64,000 nt of DNA, taken from a bacterium. Lineage in GTDB: Bacteria; UBA8248. A program made the position numbers and the translations under genes. The notes beneath the pieces were generated by a model. It searched no databases. It saw only the letters and a program-made list of their open reading frames with translations, and was not told the origin of the DNA. Where the stretch lies: assembly GCA_963692865.2 (NCBI GenBank), contig OY843592.1, positions 2,464,001-2,528,000 of the forward strand. The letters run 5' to 3'. Shown piece after piece: positions 59,827-64,000 of the stretch. Positions within the stretch are counted from its first letter, which is position 1, and each line of letters begins with the position of its first letter.

Positions 59827-60735
59827 TCAGGAATCCCTCCCGGCGCCGGGAGAGCGCACCTCGATGTCCAGCCATTCCTCCCACAGCTTGATGAGCGAGG
59901 CGTATTCTTCGGCCCCGTACCCTTTCTGAATCGCCATTTCGTATACGTGATGCGCAGCGCTTGCGATGAAGGTGGGAACGCGAAGTTCGCGTGCCAGTTC
60001 GAGGCACAGGTCGGAGTCTTTCGTCGCGAGGTCGGTCGTCATCCCCGGCGTGAACTCTCCCGGCAGGATGTGCTTTCTGAGCCTGTCCTCCACCTGGCGG
60101 CTGCGGCCCGAACTGACGGCGATGACGTCGCACAACAAATCGGGGTCGCCCCCCGCCGCGACGCCCAGGGCCATGGCCTCGGTCAACGCCGCGAGGTTCA
60201 CGTGCGAGAGCATGTTGTTTACGACCTTGAACAGCATGCCCATGCCGGATGCGCCGCAATGGAAGATGTTTTTTCCGAAATGCGAGAGCAGGGGCTTGAG
60301 CCTCTCGAACCCCGCCTCGCCGCCGCCCACCATCAGCGTGAGTGTGCCCGCATGCGCCCCCTGCACGCCTCCGCTTACGGCGGCGTCCATCAACTCGGCC
60401 CCTTGCGCTTTGACTAGGGGGGCCAGTTCCTGGATGAGGGAGGGGGAGACGGTGCTCGTCTCCGCCAGGAGCGCGCCGTCGCGCGCGCCCGCCAGAATTC
60501 CCTCCTCGCCCAGAATCACTTCGCGCGATATGTTCGGGTGCGGCAAAGACGTGAAAATAACCTCCGAGCGGGAGGCCACATCCGCCGGGTTGCGTCCTGC
60601 GCGCGCGCCCTTGTTCTCGGCCGCCAGAGTGGCTTCCTCTCGAACGTCGTAAGCCGTTACTTCATGACCGGCGCGAATGAGATGGGCGCAAATCTCGCTT
60701 CCCATCCTTCCCAGGCCGATGAAACCAAGCTCCAC
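59827..60735 (-). CDS. NAD(P)-dependent beta-hydroxyacid dehydrogenase (3-hydroxyisobutyrate dehydrogenase/tartronate semialdehyde reductase family)
   Basis: GFIGLGRMG, DAAVSGG..GA..GTLT.MVGG, KVVNN and KD motifs. Confidence 0.92.
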   Translation of the reverse strand: MELGFIGLGRMGSEICAHLIRAGHEVTAYDVREEATLAAENKGARAGRNPADVASRSEVIFTSLPHPNISREVILGEEGILAGARDGALLAETSTVSPSLIQELAPLVKAQGAELMDAAVSGGVQGAHAGTLTLMVGGGEAGFERLKPLLSHFGKNIFHCGASGMGMLFKVVNNMLSHVNLAALTEAMALGVAAGGDPDLLCDVIAVSSGRSRQVEDRLRKHILPGEFTPGMTTDLATKDSDLCLELARELRVPTFIASAAHHVYEMAIQKGYGAEEYASLIKLWEEWLDIEVRSPGAGRDS

Positions 60736-60787
60736 CTCTCGCCTCCTTGCCGGATGCGCCGTCTGCTCATCGTAAACGAATATAAAA

Positions 60788-60864
<77 letters not shown>

Positions 60865-60975
60865 ACCGAAAGAAAGGTTCCGCGCAAAAGGCCCGTGCGG
60901 GTGGGCCGGACCGCGCCGGGTTCTCGGCGAAAGAAATATCTCAGGCTATTTAGTAAGGCTTAAGCGTTGCTTTCG

Positions 60976-61662
60976 TCAAGGGCTTCGCGTCATCAAGGCC
61001 GGGGAAATGTATTTGTCTCGGAAACGGCGCTTTGAGGAAGAAGGGGAAATTCCGGGAAGGGGAGGAGGGGAGAAGAATTTGGGAGCCCGTGGGGCGCCGC
61101 GGTATATCGTGGTGACCCGGTGGCCTCCCGTTCTTGAAACCGTGGTGCGCGTCATCTCGCGCAACGGGACAACCTGTCCGCCGACCAGCAGACGCATTCG
61201 CCCTTTTTTGAGAATCACGGTGGTGAAGTGGCTGTAGGCTTTCAGGGCGAATTCCACTCCCTTGCCGCGCAACATTCCCGCAGGTGTTGTAATGCTCAAG
61301 CTCAGGTCGCATGTAGCCTGAGCGCACTTCACTGCGCCCCTGTTGAGTTTCGCCGTATACGCGCCGCCCCGCTTCATGCCGATGAACTCGAAGGAAGTAT
61401 TCGGCTCCACCACGAGCCGGCAACCCGGACGCCGCCGGAAATGGATGAGCGCACGCGAACTGGCGCTCGTGACGATGTGATCGCCCGGGAGCATCGAGCG
61501 TTTGCCTCTCAGGGAAACTTTTTTTCCGCGCGAGAAAACGATGTGTGGCTGACCGGATATGGCTCTCATTTCGACGAGGAATTCGTTTTCCGCGGCAGCG
61601 GATGAAACCACGCACAGGGGAAACAGATGCACCCCAAGAATCAATATCTTGAGCCAAGTCAT
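60976..61662 (-). CDS. Exported FecR-domain-like protein
   Basis: Signal peptide; GD.I.T...SRA.I.F, V.PNT, L.RG.V, ITTPAG..RG.G.EF and G...L pattern. Confidence 0.65.
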   Translation of the reverse strand: MTWLKILILGVHLFPLCVVSSAAAENEFLVEMRAISGQPHIVFSRGKKVSLRGKRSMLPGDHIVTSASSRALIHFRRRPGCRLVVEPNTSFEFIGMKRGGAYTAKLNRGAVKCAQATCDLSLSITTPAGMLRGKGVEFALKAYSHFTTVILKKGRMRLLVGGQVVPLREMTRTTVSRTGGHRVTTIYRGAPRAPKFFSPPPLPGISPSSSKRRFRDKYISPALMTRSP

Positions 61663-61782
61663 GTCATCCCCGTGGAGAAGCGGCTAAGCGGCAGACCTCT
61701 CGGAATTATGTAAAGGATTTTTCAGGGATTTGCAAGTTCCCTAACTACCGGAAATATAATCCCGTCCCGAACTTCGGGCGAT

Positions 61783-62350
61783 AGGGGTTGTCGGAAAATC
61801 CCTCTCCGCCTCATCCTGAGTAGCGGCGAAGCCGCGTATCGAAGGTCAATCGCGACCAATGCGGGAGCGATTGCCAGCAAGAAGGGGAGCGCTCCCCTCG
61901 ACAGACTCGGGCAAGCCCTTCGATACAAACGCTCCTTTCTCGGGGTTGTTGAAAAGTCCTTGCAGGTCAGTCGGTAATCCCGCCGTAGGTCAGACATATA
62001 TGTCTGACATATCATGCGGCCCTTTTCCGGAGAGGCGAAAAGGCTGGGCCGCATGATATGCGACCCCTGCAATCGAGATTACGCGCCGGAATGACGATCA
62101 AAACCGTCGAACCCTCCCTCCCCGGTCGGCTGCATTCGCCGAGTCGCGAAATCAGGTGTTTTTCAACATCCCTTTCTCCGTCGCGTTTGACCTTCGGCGG
62201 CTACTCAGGGTGAGGGAAGAGGCGTCGTCGGTCTGGAGGGGTCGCAGACCAGGGTGTCGCTTTTACCCCCTTGACAGGGGGTAAAGGCAGCGCGCTCTCA
62301 CAAGGGGAGGGTGGAAGAAAAGCCCCCCTGACAAGGGGGGTTGGGGGGTT
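61783..62350. repeat. Composite MITE/REP-like cluster
   Basis: CTCATCCTGAGTAGCGGCGAAGCCGCGTATCGAAGG (inverse of about 29755-29790), CAGACATATATGTCTG palindrome, GGGGTTGTTGAAAA ends and CCCCCTGACAAGGGGGG. Confidence 0.78.
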
Positions 62351-62386
62351 CGATGGGGGATAGAGGCGATTCCCCGTCCGGGCCGC

Positions 62387-62685
62387 TTACCTGGTTCGCT
62401 CGATGAGCGCGCGCAGGGCCATGCGGCTTTCCGCCTGCCGTCGATGAGTTCGCGCAGGGCGGTCATCGCCTCTGCATGCCTGCGTTCGGAGTCGATCATC
62501 GCTTTGTCGTGCTTGGCCATCGCCTCATCGTGCTTGCGCCGGGATTCGGCCATGGCTTCGTCGCGCTTGCGATTGGAGTCAGCGGCGCGCATGTCGGCGC
62601 CCCTGGCCATCTCGCGGAAGCCGTAGTAGATGAGCGCGAGGCCGCCGTAGGAGGCGATGAGGTTGAGGCGTTCGTACGCCGTCAT
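62387..62685 (-). pseudogene. Small TM plus coiled-coil protein (paralog of 10692-10883) with a 1-nt frameshift near the C-terminus
   Basis: MTAYERLNL...LIYYGFREM...DSERRHAEAMTALRELID, then the shifted frame QAESRMALRALIERTR-stop. Total length 299 nt. Confidence 0.6.
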
Positions 62686-62776
62686 GCGTATCTTCCCGGA
62701 GTCGGGTCGATCAGAATCCTCGCGTGCGTCAGCTACTGTAAAAAAGAAGCCGCCCTTCGCCAAACTCGACCGGGGA

Positions 62777-63350
62777 GGGGTTGTTGAAAAAGTTCCCCAA
62801 AAGGGTTGCTGACCCGCGCCAATCGAGAGTGTTCATCGTCATTCCGGTGTCGGAGCCGACCGATGAGGCAGGGTTCGACGGAATCCAGAAATGTCCCACG
62901 TGGGACATTTCACCTTGTTTTTTCGACTTTGCTCTTTGCCTTTCCCCGCACAAGTGGTGAGAACATGAAATACCGAATCGCATTGAGCCTGATCGGCTCT
63001 GGATTCCGGCATACGCCGGAATGACGGTGGTTTATCTCGGTCGATGAGAAAAAGAGAGCGGGCGGGCCGCTGCTTCGGACAGGTCGCGACCTATCCTTAC
63101 GGTTCCTTGATGGAATTTCACCCGTAGGGGCGGACCTGTGTGTCCGCCCCGTCTGTTGCCTCTCTCTTGTGCGCAATAGTTTCGGTCAACGATTGTATCT
63201 GCGGGCTGCAAGGATGACCGCATTACATACCGGGTGATGGGCGGACACACAGGTCCGCCCCTACGAAACCACTAACCTTTGAAATCGGGGGTTTTTCAAC
63301 AGTCCCGCGGAGGGAGCGTTCGCTGCCCCGGCGAGGGTTTTTCGACAAGC
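62777..63350. repeat. Composite MITE/REP-like cluster
   Basis: GGGGTTGTTGAAAAAG end, GTCATTCCGG...GGAATCC / GGATTCCGG...GGAATGAC pair, GTAGGGGCGGACCTGTGTGTCCGCCC and its inverse, TTTTTCAACAG end. Confidence 0.78.
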
Positions 63351-63830
63351 CTAGATGAGCGGGCTGCGGCGCGCCGTGATGACGCCGGTCCTCATGCCCG
63401 CCGTGTGCAAACCGCCCCTCAGGCGGCCGTGTTCTATCTTCATGCACCTGTCCATGACGACCAGCAGGCCCGCCGCCCGCGCGCGTTCGGCCTCGGCCTC
63501 GTTCACCACTTCGAATTGCAGCCACAGCGATTTCGCGCCGACTGCTATCGCCTCGTCCACCACCTCCGCAATTTCATCCGGCCTGCGAAACACGTCCACC
63601 ACGTCGGGAGGGTCGGGTATCGAGGCAACGTCGGGGTAGGATTTCCGGCCCAGTACCTGCTCGTATCTCGGGTTCACCGGAATCACTTCGTAGCCCATCC
63701 TCTGGAGGTAGTACCCGACGAAATAGCTCGGCCTCGATTCGTTCGCCGACAGCCCCACCATCGCCACGCGGCGGTGGTTTCTGAGGATGCGGCGTATCGT
63801 GCGCGGGTTCTGGAATTCGGGAAATGTCAT
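63351..63830 (-). CDS. CoA-binding protein (YccU family)
   Basis: VAMVGLS...RPS..V..YL...GY.VIPVNP, DVVDVFRR, WLQ and MDRCMKIEH motifs. Confidence 0.93.
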   Translation of the reverse strand: MTFPEFQNPRTIRRILRNHRRVAMVGLSANESRPSYFVGYYLQRMGYEVIPVNPRYEQVLGRKSYPDVASIPDPPDVVDVFRRPDEIAEVVDEAIAVGAKSLWLQFEVVNEAEAERARAAGLLVVMDRCMKIEHGRLRGGLHTAGMRTGVITARRSPLI

Positions 63831-64000
63831 CACGCGCTCGCCGTCGCCGAATCGAGGGCCTGGTCGAGGTCCCATAGGATGTCGTCGATGTGTTCGAGGC
63901 CAACCGATATGCGGATGAGATCGGGCGTGAGGTTGCCCGCCTTCATGTCCTCCTCGCTCAACTGGGCGTGCGTCGTGGAAGCCGGATGGATGATGAGGCT
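63830..64000 (-). CDS. metY: O-acetylhomoserine aminocarboxypropyltransferase/trans-sulfuration enzyme, C-terminal fragment
   Basis: [54 protein letters not shown] overlap with the CoA-binding gene. Confidence 0.8.
   Translation of the reverse strand, partial: SLIIHPASTTHAQLSEEDMKAGNLTPDLIRISVGLEHIDDILWDLDQALDSATASA

Overview
Bacterial chromosomal window with GC-rich flanks and a visibly AT-richer, repeat-free core at about 33-55 kb. It holds about 50 genes and one tRNA-Pro(GGG). Main content: a FadR/GntR-regulated three-subunit 2-oxoacid:ferredoxin oxidoreductase with oxalate-oxidoreductase-like, CoA-independent signatures; a TctCBA transporter; moeA-mobA-ridA; an HtrA protease; an exported DUF3179 protein split by an in-frame UGA with a SECIS-like hairpin (probable selenoprotein); lgt; a complete B12-dependent 2-hydroxyisobutyryl-CoA mutase operon (hcmB-hcl-meaH-hcmA); a lower-GC islet of two lipoprotein proteases; an orphan catabolic cluster; M23 peptidase and secA; an Fe3+ ABC importer behind a DtxR-family gene; and a GldA/F/G-DUF4340-type ABC operon that unexpectedly follows a near-perfect CIRCE (HrcA) operator. 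Intergenic spaces of the GC-rich parts are filled with modular REP/MITE-like hairpin elements, and two long spacers carry helically phased 10-bp repeats. No transposase, integrase or CRISPR array was seen. All family calls come from motif recognition by eye and were not checked by any search. Repeat style and gene content suggest a host-associated (for example sponge) Nitrospinota/Tectomicrobia-like genome, but that is inference only.
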